55,223 nucleotides of DNA. It comes from Candidatus Nanoarchaeia archaeon (GTDB lineage Archaea > Nanobdellota > Nanobdellia > SCGC-AAA011-G17 > GW2011-AR18). The notes beneath the pieces are model-generated. The model did no database searches, had not been told where the DNA came from, and saw only the letters and a program-made list of their open reading frames with translations. Within the stretch, counting starts at the first letter, position 1. Every line of letters starts with the position of its first letter. Positions 7,847 to 17,778 of the stretch are shown here, piece after piece. The translations under genes and the position numbers were made by a program. The DNA lies in the NCBI GenBank assembly GCA_035288845.1, contig DATDZB010000005.1:1-55223 (forward strand), written 5' to 3'.

Positions 7847-10660
7847 TTATCTAAATACTGGAGGCCTTTTTGGAACAACTTCTACTACAACATAACTGTT
7901 TGCAGGATAACCTTTACTTAGAACATAATTTTGAACAGTAATTGCTAAATTAACTGTATTTTTTCCTTCTGCTCCATGAAATTCAACTTCTTTTCTTTGA
8001 TTAGGGAAATCAGATTTTAAAGCACCGCCTGCAAGAAGAGGTCTTCCATTTTCATCTGTAACAAAAGAAAATTTATTTCCTGGAGAAACCCTACGATCAT
8101 TATCTAAAACTATTAATTCTTCTTCATGAACAATACTAGAAGAAAGCTTGTAATCATCTTTCATTTGTTTAAAGTATTCAGGTTTTAATAAAAGTTTACC
8201 AGGTACTTCATTATTTTTATAAGTTAAAGAGCTAACTCTTTTTGTTGGAACATAAGGTTGAATTTGAACTAAAGTTTCTTCAGTTGTTTCATCTAAATCA
8301 TCATCACTTCCAGATTTTTTTAATTCAAGATCTGGTTCTTTATTTTCTCTTTCAGGAGGTTCTACTGTGAAATCTTGCATTCCGGTTTTTTCAGATGGTC
8401 TAACATCAGGAAGATCTGTTGTTGTGTCTGCTCTCTCCACTTGATCTAAATCGCCCTTTCTAGGATCTTGAGTAGAAATAACACTATTTGTTAATGCTTT
8501 TTGATAATCAATATTTTCTTCAGCAAACTTTCTTCTTAATTTATTTTCTCTATGAACTTCTTGTTCATCTTTAGAAGATTCAACAACTTGAATATTTCCA
8601 TCATCCATAACAACAACTTTAGCTAATGAATCAAATTTATTTACACCGATTTCAAATTTATTGCTATCTACAATGACCATTGGTACAGTAGGTTGAGTTA
8701 AACTTTCTTTAGGAGAAAGTCCATATCTATTTGCAAATTTTCTTTCATACTCTTTACCAAGAAATTTAACATTACCAACTGAAGGAATTATATCTTTAGG
8801 ATAAACACTTATTTCTCTATTTCCATTTACAATTTTACTCTTCCAAGCTTGTGCATTCAAATTAACTCTAGGTAAATATAATTCCTCAGGTGAAGGAAGA
8901 ACTGGTGGTGGGAAAACTTCCATTTCACTGCCGCTTCCTAAATTAAAACTTAAATCTATATCTCTACCTTCAGTACTAAAACCTCTAATTAAAGTATCAG
9001 TATCTTGAACTTCAAATTTCAATTCTCTATTTTCTTCATCACCAACATTTACAATTAAAGAATCCTCTATTTTTCTAAGACATGTTATTTTATTTGCTTT
9101 ACAATAATCAAAAACAGGATCATCGACATCAGTATCTAAAATTAAAACAGATTGAGATTCTTTTTCAACTTCAAATAACAAATCATCTTTTACTGCTATT
9201 CCTTTTTTAACTAAAAATCCAGTTCCTTCTTGTCTATTAACAATGTCAACAGTATAAGGAGAAACAACATTCCCACTTCCATCTGAAAGACTTCCAATAT
9301 TAATAGATTCTCTGCCTGCTACACTTATAATTACCTCATCACCAGTACCTTCAATTAAAGTTCCATCTATAAAAAAATCATCTTCACCGTTTACAGAAAT
9401 ACTATTTCCTGCAGAATTTCTATTAAAAGATCCATCTTCTAAAGGCAAGTCAATAAAAACTTCTCTGCCTTTTAATTCACTAATTGAAATAAGACTTTCT
9501 TCCCCATTATAAATTATATTTGCACCTTCTGGTAATTCATATGCTTTATTTCCTAAAACATAAGTACTTCCAGATTTAGAATCAACAACAATATTTGCTT
9601 CAGTAACTTCTCCTTCATCATTTAATTTTATTATACTTCCTTTTTTCATACCTGTAAAAGAAATTGGTCTTTTGTCTTTTAAATTAATTACTAGATTTTC
9701 ATCTGAACTAGTAACACTTAATTCAGTAATTCCATTTTCTTTAGTTCCTTTAAATCCTTTTAATTTAATTTCATTTCCTTCTTCTTTAGCTAATTTTTCA
9801 TTTAAAAAATATTTAGAAGCATCAACACTTTCTGCATCTTTTCCTATAAAATCAATATTTTTAAAATTAACATTTCCTTCAGAATTAATTTCAAAATGAT
9901 TTTTTTCTGAACCAGGAGGATTTTCCCAACCGCAAACTTCTTGACCTTTATTTTCTGCAACAAAAGAAGGCTTACAAATATAATTTCCACCAAACCCAAC
10001 TTTTCCTGCATTGTATAATTCATCAATTCCACTTTTTATTTGTAACATCCAGCCAATTCTAGGTTCAGCTTTAGCTAATTGTGTTAAAACTTCTTTACTA
10101 ACAGCACCTTTTGCATATTGAGCAAGTACATCACCAGGACCAAAACCAGGATTAGCAACAAAAGTTAAACCTTGTAAAATTTCAGGACCAGTAGGACCAA
10201 CAACACCTGCTAATTGATTAGAAGCTACACCTTTGAATTTATCTTTAGCAAGATCTGAAGCTTTATCATTTCCAGCAATGCCAGCTAAGAAAAATAAAGT
10301 TGGAGTTGCTAAACCAATAACTAAATCCCACGGAATACTTCCACCAGAACTTTCATTATTAGCTACATTAGTCTCTTCTTTATTTTTAGTATCAACAGGA
10401 GGTTTTGCTCCACCACTTTCATCACTATCTGCAGGACCAAAACATCCAGGATCTTTTTTCTTTATGTCTCCATTTCCATCATAATCAACTAAGCCATCTC
10501 CATCATTATCTAAACCATCATCACATTTACTATTCAAATTAAAACTTTGATTTTTTGCATCATCTCTTTTAGTAAAATTAGTAGAATTAGTTTCATTAGC
10601 AGCTAAAACATTAAAGCTAAGTAAAATTAAAATAACAACAAAAGTAAATATTTTTTTCAT
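7847..10660 (-). CDS. Large secreted/surface protein (937 aa)
   Basis: Sec signal peptide; CDDGLDNDGDGLVDY..DPGC Ca/metal-binding motif; Gly/hydrophobic segment; beta-rich body; acidic linker. Confidence 0.8.
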   Translation of the reverse strand: MKKIFTFVVILILLSFNVLAANETNSTNFTKRDDAKNQSFNLNSKCDDGLDNDGDGLVDYDGNGDIKKKDPGCFGPADSDESGGAKPPVDTKNKEETNVANNESSGGSIPWDLVIGLATPTLFFLAGIAGNDKASDLAKDKFKGVASNQLAGVVGPTGPEILQGLTFVANPGFGPGDVLAQYAKGAVSKEVLTQLAKAEPRIGWMLQIKSGIDELYNAGKVGFGGNYICKPSFVAENKGQEVCGWENPPGSEKNHFEINSEGNVNFKNIDFIGKDAESVDASKYFLNEKLAKEEGNEIKLKGFKGTKENGITELSVTSSDENLVINLKDKRPISFTGMKKGSIIKLNDEGEVTEANIVVDSKSGSTYVLGNKAYELPEGANIIYNGEESLISISELKGREVFIDLPLEDGSFNRNSAGNSISVNGEDDFFIDGTLIEGTGDEVIISVAGRESINIGSLSDGSGNVVSPYTVDIVNRQEGTGFLVKKGIAVKDDLLFEVEKESQSVLILDTDVDDPVFDYCKANKITCLRKIEDSLIVNVGDEENRELKFEVQDTDTLIRGFSTEGRDIDLSFNLGSGSEMEVFPPPVLPSPEELYLPRVNLNAQAWKSKIVNGNREISVYPKDIIPSVGNVKFLGKEYERKFANRYGLSPKESLTQPTVPMVIVDSNKFEIGVNKFDSLAKVVVMDDGNIQVVESSKDEQEVHRENKLRRKFAEENIDYQKALTNSVISTQDPRKGDLDQVERADTTTDLPDVRPSEKTGMQDFTVEPPERENKEPDLELKKSGSDDDLDETTEETLVQIQPYVPTKRVSSLTYKNNEVPGKLLLKPEYFKQMKDDYKLSSSIVHEEELIVLDNDRRVSPGNKFSFVTDENGRPLLAGGALKSDFPNQRKEVEFHGAEGKNTVNLAITVQNYVLSKGYPANSYVVVEVVPKRPPVFR

Positions 10661-11418
10661 TCTTTAAACCTCAATGCAACAATAAATCTATATGGTTCCT
10701 CAAGCAATAAATATTGATTGTCAGTATAAATAAATTCAACTTCATTAGAAACTTGATTATAAATACCAACACTTAAATTACTAGCAAATCCAATATCATA
10801 TAAACAACTAACACAAATATCTTGATAATTTTTTTGTTCATTTAAAGATAAAACAATAACATCATAAATTTTATCTAAATTATTATTAACTGGGATATCA
10901 AAATCTTTTAAAGTAAATATTTTTTCATCTTTTCTTACTTCAATTGGATATTTAATATCAAAAACAACTTGTTGATCACTTATCTTAACATTACTAGAAA
11001 GCTTACTGGATTTAATATCAAAACTATTATTAAATTGATTAAAATTTTGAATACAATATTTTAAATTCTCATTAAAATAATTACTTAAACTTCTTTCAAT
11101 AATTTTTCTAGAAGGAATTCTTAATTGTCCGTCAAGATAATAATATGGAATTTCTCTTTGATTAGAAGACGTAGTAATTCCATAATAACCACCACTCAAA
11201 CCAATTGTTGCTAATGATTCATCAGCAGTTTTTTTCACACAATCTAGAACAAAATTATTTACAGGTTCTACTTCTTTAGGAATTGCTAAACTAGAAATTA
11301 ATTGTTTATCTCTTAAAAAATCTAAAATATTATCTTTAAAAACAAAACCTAAAATAACAGTAGTTAAAATTATAATACCAACTATAAACCAGATTGCGAT
11401 CTGTCCTCTTTTTTGCAT
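10657..11418 (-). CDS. Pilin-like protein with class III signal peptide
   Basis: MQKRG|QIAIWFIVGIII; overlaps the 937-aa gene by 4 nt. Confidence 0.75.
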   Translation of the reverse strand: MQKRGQIAIWFIVGIIILTTVILGFVFKDNILDFLRDKQLISSLAIPKEVEPVNNFVLDCVKKTADESLATIGLSGGYYGITTSSNQREIPYYYLDGQLRIPSRKIIERSLSNYFNENLKYCIQNFNQFNNSFDIKSSKLSSNVKISDQQVVFDIKYPIEVRKDEKIFTLKDFDIPVNNNLDKIYDVIVLSLNEQKNYQDICVSCLYDIGFASNLSVGIYNQVSNEVEFIYTDNQYLLLEEPYRFIVALRFKE

Positions 11419-11516
11419 GAACTATTAGAAATTATAAGCTATATAAAATTAACTTTTTAATCAAAAAAGTTTAAATAAGAAGTCTCTAATAAACAAGAAG
11501 AGTAATTAGAGTTAAA

Positions 11517-12452
11517 ATGAAAAAAGAAAATATTAATGTTCCTGAAAGTGGAGTTACTGCTTTTGGAGATAAGATTTACAGTATAAAAGAGATTTTCAAT
11601 AATAAAGAAGTTGAAGATTATCTAAAAGACGAACTTTTACTATTTTTTGAAGATGTTGAATTAAAAGAAGAATCTAGAAATAAAATTGTAGAAAAAATAA
11701 TTTCTTCAGCCAAAAATTATAAATCACTTAGAGAATATGAAAAAGAAATCTATAAATTTCTTTCAGATCAAAATGTGTTTGATAAACTTAAGAAAAAAAC
11801 AAGTGGTAGATCTGAAAAGATGTACGAACTTATTTCTCCATTTATAATTAAGAAAACAGTTTTAGATCTTGGATGTGGAAAAGGTAAAGTTGGAGCTTTA
11901 GCATCTAAAGAAGGTTATGAAGTAACTCTCGCAGATGTTTATAAAAATCCACACATTAACCAATTAGATTTACAATTTGTTTTAATGAAACAGGGAAAAG
12001 ATTTTCCTTTTAAAGATAATTCATTTGATAATATATTTATTCTTGCAATGTTGCATCACACTCAAAATCCGATTCATACAATTAAGGAAACAGCTAGAAT
12101 ACTTACAAAGGGTGGAAGATTACATTTAATTGAAACAGTCTATGGAATAGGTAAAGAGTCATTACCAAAATCTTCAACAACAATAGAAAATAAATTTGCA
12201 AGTCTATCTTTTGAATCTCAAAGAATGATAACTATGTTTTTAGATTATTTTGGAAATCACATAACTTGGGATTACACAGAAGATCCAGATAAATTTATTC
12301 CTGTTCCATTTAATTTTAATAAACCAAAAAAATGGGAAATTATTTTTAAGAAATTTGGATTTAAGAAAATAATATCAAAACCCATAGGAAGAGATAAAGC
12401 ATCAGGAGTTTATCACATTCTTTATATTTTCGAATTAGAAATTAAAGTCTAA
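11517..12452 (+). CDS. Class I SAM-dependent methyltransferase
   Basis: VLDLGCGKG, FPFKDNSFD, LHHT, RILTKGG. Confidence 0.85.
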   Translation: MKKENINVPESGVTAFGDKIYSIKEIFNNKEVEDYLKDELLLFFEDVELKEESRNKIVEKIISSAKNYKSLREYEKEIYKFLSDQNVFDKLKKKTSGRSEKMYELISPFIIKKTVLDLGCGKGKVGALASKEGYEVTLADVYKNPHINQLDLQFVLMKQGKDFPFKDNSFDNIFILAMLHHTQNPIHTIKETARILTKGGRLHLIETVYGIGKESLPKSSTTIENKFASLSFESQRMITMFLDYFGNHITWDYTEDPDKFIPVPFNFNKPKKWEIIFKKFGFKKIISKPIGRDKASGVYHILYIFELEIKV

Positions 12453-12993
12453 CAAATAAATAATGTTTCTCTGTGCCTTCTAGTTCAAGTAATATTCTTT
12501 TAATTATAGCTTTCTCTGGATCAGGTAATAAACTAACCCTATTTTTAAGATCTTCAAAACTTTCAAAAGGTTTTTCTTGTCTAGCTTCAACTATTGCTTG
12601 CATATGTTTTTTACCAACACCAGGCAATAATTCAAGACTATGCATTCTCATATTAATAGGTCCAGCTTTATTAAAAAAATCCAAAAACCTTTCTGGTTTA
12701 TGTGTAACAACTTCTTGTATAATATAATTTAATTCAGATTTAGCTGTCTCTGTAAGTTTACCAGGACCTATTCTTCCAATTATATGATGAATTTTATCTC
12801 TCTTACCTTCTCCAATATAAACTTCTTCATGAGGTTGTAAAAAAGATTCTTTTTTTGGAACTAATTCTAGAATTACTAATGTTTCTTTACCTATAGCTTG
12901 GGCTATTGGAGTTTTCAGATGCATAGGTCTTCTGTCCATAGGATACCCATGTGGTAGAAAATCTAATATTATTGCTTGTTCTTCTTTTGCCAT
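12442..12993 (-). CDS. DUF655 putative RNA-binding protein
   Basis: AIILDFLPHG, RMHSLELLPGVGKK HhH; conserved L21e-RpoF-DUF655 synteny. Confidence 0.92.
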   Translation of the reverse strand: MAKEEQAIILDFLPHGYPMDRRPMHLKTPIAQAIGKETLVILELVPKKESFLQPHEEVYIGEGKRDKIHHIIGRIGPGKLTETAKSELNYIIQEVVTHKPERFLDFFNKAGPINMRMHSLELLPGVGKKHMQAIVEARQEKPFESFEDLKNRVSLLPDPEKAIIKRILLELEGTEKHYLFVRL

Positions 12994-13016
12994 TTTGAAT
13001 AATCTCCGAATACATT

Positions 13017-13352
13017 TTAACCATTAATAACATCTGCAATTTTTTTCAAATCTTCTTGCTTTAAGTTTAGTGATTCACCTGAAAATAACACTTTTATAGT
13101 TTCAGTATCACCAGGCATAGTATCAATTAACTTAACAATATGTCTGTCTCTCAATCTTAAATCTAAAGCAATTAATTTAGCATAAAGCTCTTGTGATTTT
13201 TCTTTGTTTATACTTACTAGTTCATTCAAATAAACATCAACTTTAGCAGCTCTGAAATTCAATTCTACACCACCAGCTTTGATAACATCAAATTTTTCTT
13301 TTAATTCAGCCATAGTTAAAGGCTTTTGTTCAACAATATCAAGTTCAACCAT
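13017..13352 (-). CDS. rpoF: RNA polymerase subunit F (Rpo4)
   Basis: Size, synteny, KLIDTMPGDTETIKVLF pattern. Confidence 0.8.
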   Translation of the reverse strand: MVELDIVEQKPLTMAELKEKFDVIKAGGVELNFRAAKVDVYLNELVSINKEKSQELYAKLIALDLRLRDRHIVKLIDTMPGDTETIKVLFSGESLNLKQEDLKKIADVING

Positions 13353-13643
13353 TTACAATCTCCTCAAATGAACTGGATGTACTAAAACAGTCTTTGATTT
13401 ATTAAGATCTTTAATTTCTACTTGGTAGCATCTTCCTCTTTTAGCCATTACAACACCAGGTTTTCCATGGAATCTAGCATGATAAAAACCAATATGAACA
13501 CTAGGTTCTGCTACTAAACATACTCTGTCTCCATCTTTAAATTTCTGGAAATATCTTAAAAGTTTAATCTTACCTTTATCTCTAACATTTTTAGCAAGTT
13601 TATGTCTTGATTTCCTTCTACTTCCGCCAATTCTTTTAACCAT
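13353..13643 (-). CDS. rpl21e: 50S ribosomal protein eL21
   Basis: FKDGDRV, FHGKPGVV, VHPVHLR. Confidence 0.96.
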   Translation of the reverse strand: MVKRIGGSRRKSRHKLAKNVRDKGKIKLLRYFQKFKDGDRVCLVAEPSVHIGFYHARFHGKPGVVMAKRGRCYQVEIKDLNKSKTVLVHPVHLRRL

Positions 13644-13713
13644 AAAAACGTTAAAATTTAAGAATATTTAAACTTATCGACCAAAGTTTAATTATAAAAT
13701 TAAAGAAATATCT

Positions 13714-14199
13714 CTAAATTTTTAAGTATTGTTTTATTTCAGTTTTAAAGTTTTTAACAAGATCTTTAGCAAGATTATCTACATAATGTTGTTTATCTCC
13801 AGATACAAGTTTTTCATACATAGCCATAAAAAATCTTTTTGATGCAGACTTTCCCCATTTTTCATCATAATCTCTTTCAACATCAGCTTCAATAGTAATT
13901 TTCAAATCACCATCAATAACTTTACTACCATCAACATATCCCTCTTTAGCATTTTTTATTTCATAAACAATAGTTATTATTGCTCGATTATAATCATCAT
14001 ATTTTCTATCCATTTCCCACTTAATTCTAATATTTTTAATAGCATTGCTGCTTTTATCATCATAATTTTTTTCATTCATATCATAATCATATCTAGTAAA
14101 AAAAGATTTAGCAAGAGAAAAGAATTCTTTAAAATCAAAAACACCGTGGTAATTGATTTCTTCTGGTTTTAGTATTTTTTCTTTGTGTCTGCTAGTCAT
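13714..14199 (-). CDS. Hypothetical protein, paralogue 1 of tandem triplet
   Basis: 161 aa; shares GVFDF..F, EKNY, IKW..RKYDDY and G.L.I...DY..KW pattern with its neighbours. Confidence 0.75.
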   Translation of the reverse strand: MTSRHKEKILKPEEINYHGVFDFKEFFSLAKSFFTRYDYDMNEKNYDDKSSNAIKNIRIKWEMDRKYDDYNRAIITIVYEIKNAKEGYVDGSKVIDGDLKITIEADVERDYDEKWGKSASKRFFMAMYEKLVSGDKQHYVDNLAKDLVKNFKTEIKQYLKI

Positions 14200-14236
14200 A
14201 TAATTACACCTTGAACTTAATTAATAATGGTTTCGG

Positions 14237-14743
14237 TTAAAACCTATGAAGGTTAAGTAAATTTTTAACTTCATCCATAACATTCATAGTATCTTTATAC
14301 GAATCAATTTTAGCTTGTTCAATATTATCAAATAAAACCATTTTTCTATAAATTTTATACATAAGAGTATTTTCATCCCAGCTTTTGTTAGCATTTTCAA
14401 TAATACTAGAATTAAAATGCATTTCAATCTCAGCTTTATGTTTATTTACTTTTTGTCCTTCAACTTCAACTTCAACCTCAGTCAATCCTAGAATTAAATA
14501 AACAATTTCTAATTTTTTTAATATGAAGCCGTCATTTTCTTTTTTACTTGACTGCCAAATAATTTCAACTTGTTTACCATTAGGTTTAATCTTCTCTGCA
14601 TATTTAATCTCTCCACCTACACAAGGATCAGTATACTCCTCATCAACAATCCATTGTCTAAGTTTCTGATAAACTATTTCTAATTCAAAAACACCTTTGA
14701 ATTTTACTTTAGCTCCAGTAATAATTGATTCCTCTTTTGGCAT
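14237..14743 (-). CDS. Hypothetical protein, paralogue 2 of tandem triplet
   Basis: 168 aa; KVKFKGVFEL..VY..L..W, EIKY, EIIW..KK. Confidence 0.75.
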   Translation of the reverse strand: MPKEESIITGAKVKFKGVFELEIVYQKLRQWIVDEEYTDPCVGGEIKYAEKIKPNGKQVEIIWQSSKKENDGFILKKLEIVYLILGLTEVEVEVEGQKVNKHKAEIEMHFNSSIIENANKSWDENTLMYKIYRKMVLFDNIEQAKIDSYKDTMNVMDEVKNLLNLHRF

Positions 14744-14779
14744 TAATATACATTTCTAAAAACTGATTAATAAGTCTTT

Positions 14780-15265
14780 CTAACTATAAAGTTCCAGCTT
14801 GGATTTCACAGAATCATAAAATTCCATTGAAACCATAATTAAAGGAATAGTATATTTATTTTTAATATAATTATCTTTAAACAATCTAAAATACAATTTG
14901 AAAAAGAATACCATTAATTTACTGCCACCATATTTATTTTTATAATCTAAAACAAGTTGTGATTTAATATCACCAACACAATCTCCTTTGTAAAAACCGT
15001 TTTTAAGTTGATTTATATTAAAAAAAAGTAATTCTACAGTAATTATGTACCTTGCAAATGGATCTAAATCTTTAATAATTAAAGATTTGAATTCGTATTT
15101 TCTTCCATATTTATCTGGTTTATTTACATGATCAGATTCAACAAAGTCATAACCCTTTTTATCAGCAAAAGCTTTAGCAGCTTTATAAGCGCCTTCCATA
15201 TCAAATTCTTCATTTACAATTCTAATTCTTCTCTTAAAAACTTCCATTGACTCTGGTTTAGGCAT
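14780..15265 (-). CDS. Hypothetical protein, paralogue 3 of tandem triplet
   Basis: 161 aa; FDM..AY, GYDFVE, KDLDPF, G...LVLDY.NKY. Confidence 0.7.
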   Translation of the reverse strand: MPKPESMEVFKRRIRIVNEEFDMEGAYKAAKAFADKKGYDFVESDHVNKPDKYGRKYEFKSLIIKDLDPFARYIITVELLFFNINQLKNGFYKGDCVGDIKSQLVLDYKNKYGGSKLMVFFFKLYFRLFKDNYIKNKYTIPLIMVSMEFYDSVKSKLELYS

Positions 15266-15347
15266 AATAGAAAAATCATTTAATAGCTTAATAATGTTTT
15301 CTATTTACAAACAAAGCCTTATAAATTTTAGCTTTCATATTTTAAAT

Positions 15348-15998
15348 ATGAATTTAAGAGAACTAAATTTAAAATTAACAAAAGAATCTTTAAAGAAAGA
15401 TATAACTAGAGATGTTCTAATAATCCAAACAATTCATACAATAGATGAATTAATAAAAATAATAAATAAATTAGTAGCAAATTTAAGAGAAAGATATGGT
15501 TACTATGCACCAAGAACATGCAAAACAGAAGATATAAACCAATTACTAGAAGCAGTTGATAAAAAAATAAAAGAAGATATTGCGATTGAAATGAATAAAG
15601 AAGATTTAGCTTCTATTCAAGAATTAGCAGATGAAATAAAAAGTTTAATAAAATTAAAAGAAAGCCAGGAAAAATATTTAGAAATGTTAACAAATAATAT
15701 CTGTCCAAATCTAGCAAAAACAGCTACAGTTGCTATAGCAGCAAGATTAATTTCTCAAGCAGGTTCTTTAAAACATTTAGCAGAATTGCCATCTTCAACT
15801 ATTCAAGTTCTAGGAGCTGAAAAAGCATTATTTAGACATTTAAAAATGAAAGCAAAAGCACCTAAATTTGGTATAATCTTTGCACATCCAGACATAAGTA
15901 AAGCAGCTCCCCAAGATAAAGGAAAAGCAGCTAGAAAAATAGCAAGTGAAATTTCAAAAAATGCGAAAATAGATTACTTTAGAGGTAAAAAATGGTAG
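15348..15998 (+). CDS. nop5: Nop5/Nop56-family box C/D protein, short form
   Basis: IIQTIHTIDEL..IN, LAELPSSTIQVLGAEKALFRHL, PKFGIIF, GKAARKIA; start reset to MNLREL. Confidence 0.92.
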   Translation: MNLRELNLKLTKESLKKDITRDVLIIQTIHTIDELIKIINKLVANLRERYGYYAPRTCKTEDINQLLEAVDKKIKEDIAIEMNKEDLASIQELADEIKSLIKLKESQEKYLEMLTNNICPNLAKTATVAIAARLISQAGSLKHLAELPSSTIQVLGAEKALFRHLKMKAKAPKFGIIFAHPDISKAAPQDKGKAARKIASEISKNAKIDYFRGKKW

Positions 15999-16858
15999 TA
16001 GTAAGTAAACGACTAGGAAGTAACGACACAATCGAAAGTGTTTTAAATAGAAAACCTAGATTAATTTTAGAGGGAAGGGGAAATAGTTCGATGACCGAAG
16101 TAGAGAAAAAATCTGCAAGAAGAAGAAACAGAACCATTAGTAATGAAATTAAAGCTAAACAAATACAAGAATCTGAAATTGGAATAGTTCAAAGAATTTC
16201 TCTAGATGTAATAGTTGATGGTATAGATGGTTCTGGAAAAACAACATTAAACGCAAATTTATACAGCGTTTTAGCAAGAGAAGGAATTCATGTAACAATT
16301 GTAAATGAAAGCGAAGCAGATCCTTTCAGAGAAGGAAGAGATAATTATAGAAAGTTTGGAGTTCCCAATCCAAGAGTATTATTACTAAATAAAATTGCAG
16401 GAAGAAGAGCAGTAATTCTAAATACAAGAGAAGAATTAACAGAACCAGGAATTCGTTTATATGAAAGAGGATATGGAACAACTCTCGCAGAATACTTGAC
16501 AAGTACTGCAAGAAATGGTCACTCATCCTCTAACCAAAGATTCGAAGAAATTAGAAGATTAATAACTGTAATTGAAGGAACATACTTAGTTCCAGACCTG
16601 CATATAATTTTAGATGTAGATCCTGAAAAAGCAGCAGAAAGAATAGCAGAAAGGTATATATCACAAGCAAAAACACCAGAAGCTAGTGAAGGAGCTCAAG
16701 CATTAAGAAGAAAAAGAGAATACTTTTTAGCAATAGCAAAATTCCTTCCAAACGCAACCTATATCGATACTACAGAATTAGGAAAAGAAGAAGTATGCGA
16801 AAGAACATTAAAAGCAATTAGGGGTTCAACTAAATATGCAATGTTAAAAAATAGGTAA
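15992..16858 (+). CDS. Thymidylate-kinase-like P-loop kinase with N-terminal extension
   Basis: DGIDGSGKTT P-loop; PDLHIILDVDPEKAAERI; YIDT; DR motif altered to ERG. Confidence 0.72.
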   Translation: MVVVSKRLGSNDTIESVLNRKPRLILEGRGNSSMTEVEKKSARRRNRTISNEIKAKQIQESEIGIVQRISLDVIVDGIDGSGKTTLNANLYSVLAREGIHVTIVNESEADPFREGRDNYRKFGVPNPRVLLLNKIAGRRAVILNTREELTEPGIRLYERGYGTTLAEYLTSTARNGHSSSNQRFEEIRRLITVIEGTYLVPDLHIILDVDPEKAAERIAERYISQAKTPEASEGAQALRRKREYFLAIAKFLPNATYIDTTELGKEEVCERTLKAIRGSTKYAMLKNR

Positions 16859-16862
16859 AATT

Positions 16863-17576
16863 ATGAAAAGTGATTTAAAAGAAAAAAATTATCAAAATTC
16901 TACATTTTTAGAAACTACAAAATATCAAGGAATTTATCTATTAAATATAAGAAATAGAAAAAAAATAGTAACAAAAAATCTAACTCATGGAAAAATATTC
17001 TTTAATGAAAATAAATATTTAGTAGATAATATTGAGTATAGAGAATTTAATCCTGGTCATTCTAAATTAGCAGCAGCAATAGCAAAAAGAATTTCTTTAA
17101 TACCTATAAAAGAAAAAGATAAAATATTATATTTAGGTGCTTCTCATGGTTATACTCCTTCTTTCATATCTGATATGATAGGAGAAAATGGAATGATATT
17201 TTGTTTAGACTTCGCTCCAAGAGTAGTAAGAGATTTACTTTTTGTATGTGAAGAAAGAATTAATATGTCTCCAATATTAGCAAATGCAAAAAAACCAGAC
17301 ACATATAAAAATAGAATTTCTAAAGTAGATGTTATTTATCAAGATGTAGCACAAAAAGATCAAGTAGAAATATTATTAAAAAATCTAGATTTATTAAATC
17401 CAAAAGGTTATGTTTTAATTGCAATAAAATCAAGAAGTATAGATGTAACAAAAAATCCTAGAATAATTTACAAAGAAGTAGAAGAAAAATTAAAGACAAA
17501 ATTAAGAATAATGGATAAAAAAGAACTTGATCCATATCAAAAAGACCATATTTTCTTTGTATGCCAAAAAAAGTAA
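16863..17576 (+). CDS. flpA: Fibrillarin-like rRNA/tRNA 2'-O-methyltransferase
   Basis: SKLAAAI, LYLGASHGYTPSFISD, VIYQDVAQKDQ, LDPYQKDH. Confidence 0.95.
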   Translation: MKSDLKEKNYQNSTFLETTKYQGIYLLNIRNRKKIVTKNLTHGKIFFNENKYLVDNIEYREFNPGHSKLAAAIAKRISLIPIKEKDKILYLGASHGYTPSFISDMIGENGMIFCLDFAPRVVRDLLFVCEERINMSPILANAKKPDTYKNRISKVDVIYQDVAQKDQVEILLKNLDLLNPKGYVLIAIKSRSIDVTKNPRIIYKEVEEKLKTKLRIMDKKELDPYQKDHIFFVCQKK

Positions 17577-17607
17577 TATTTATATTTTAATTCTGTATTG
17601 CATTTTT

Positions 17608-17760
17608 ATGAAAGAGGTAATAAAAGAGACTAAAGGAAAAAAGTGTGATTATTGCGACGAAATTGCAATGTTCAAAATCTTACAAGAAGGGTTATATGAA
17701 TATCTTTGTATAACTTGTGTAAAAGATACTGAACAAGCAAAAAAAGAAATAAACAATTAA
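17608..17760 (+). CDS. Small Zn-binding protein (50 aa)
   Basis: MKEVIKETKGKKCDYC...YLCITC; start reset to ATG 17608. Confidence 0.55.
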   Translation: MKEVIKETKGKKCDYCDEIAMFKILQEGLYEYLCITCVKDTEQAKKEINN

Positions 17761-17778
17761 TAAAGTTTCAAAAATAAT

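Noticed and set aside
15973-16874. Kinase ORF as a BHB mRNA intron in nop5-flpA
   Set aside because: An 8-bp flank pairing exists (ATTACTTT/AAAGTGAT) but no valid 4-bp central helix with 3-nt bulges could be built
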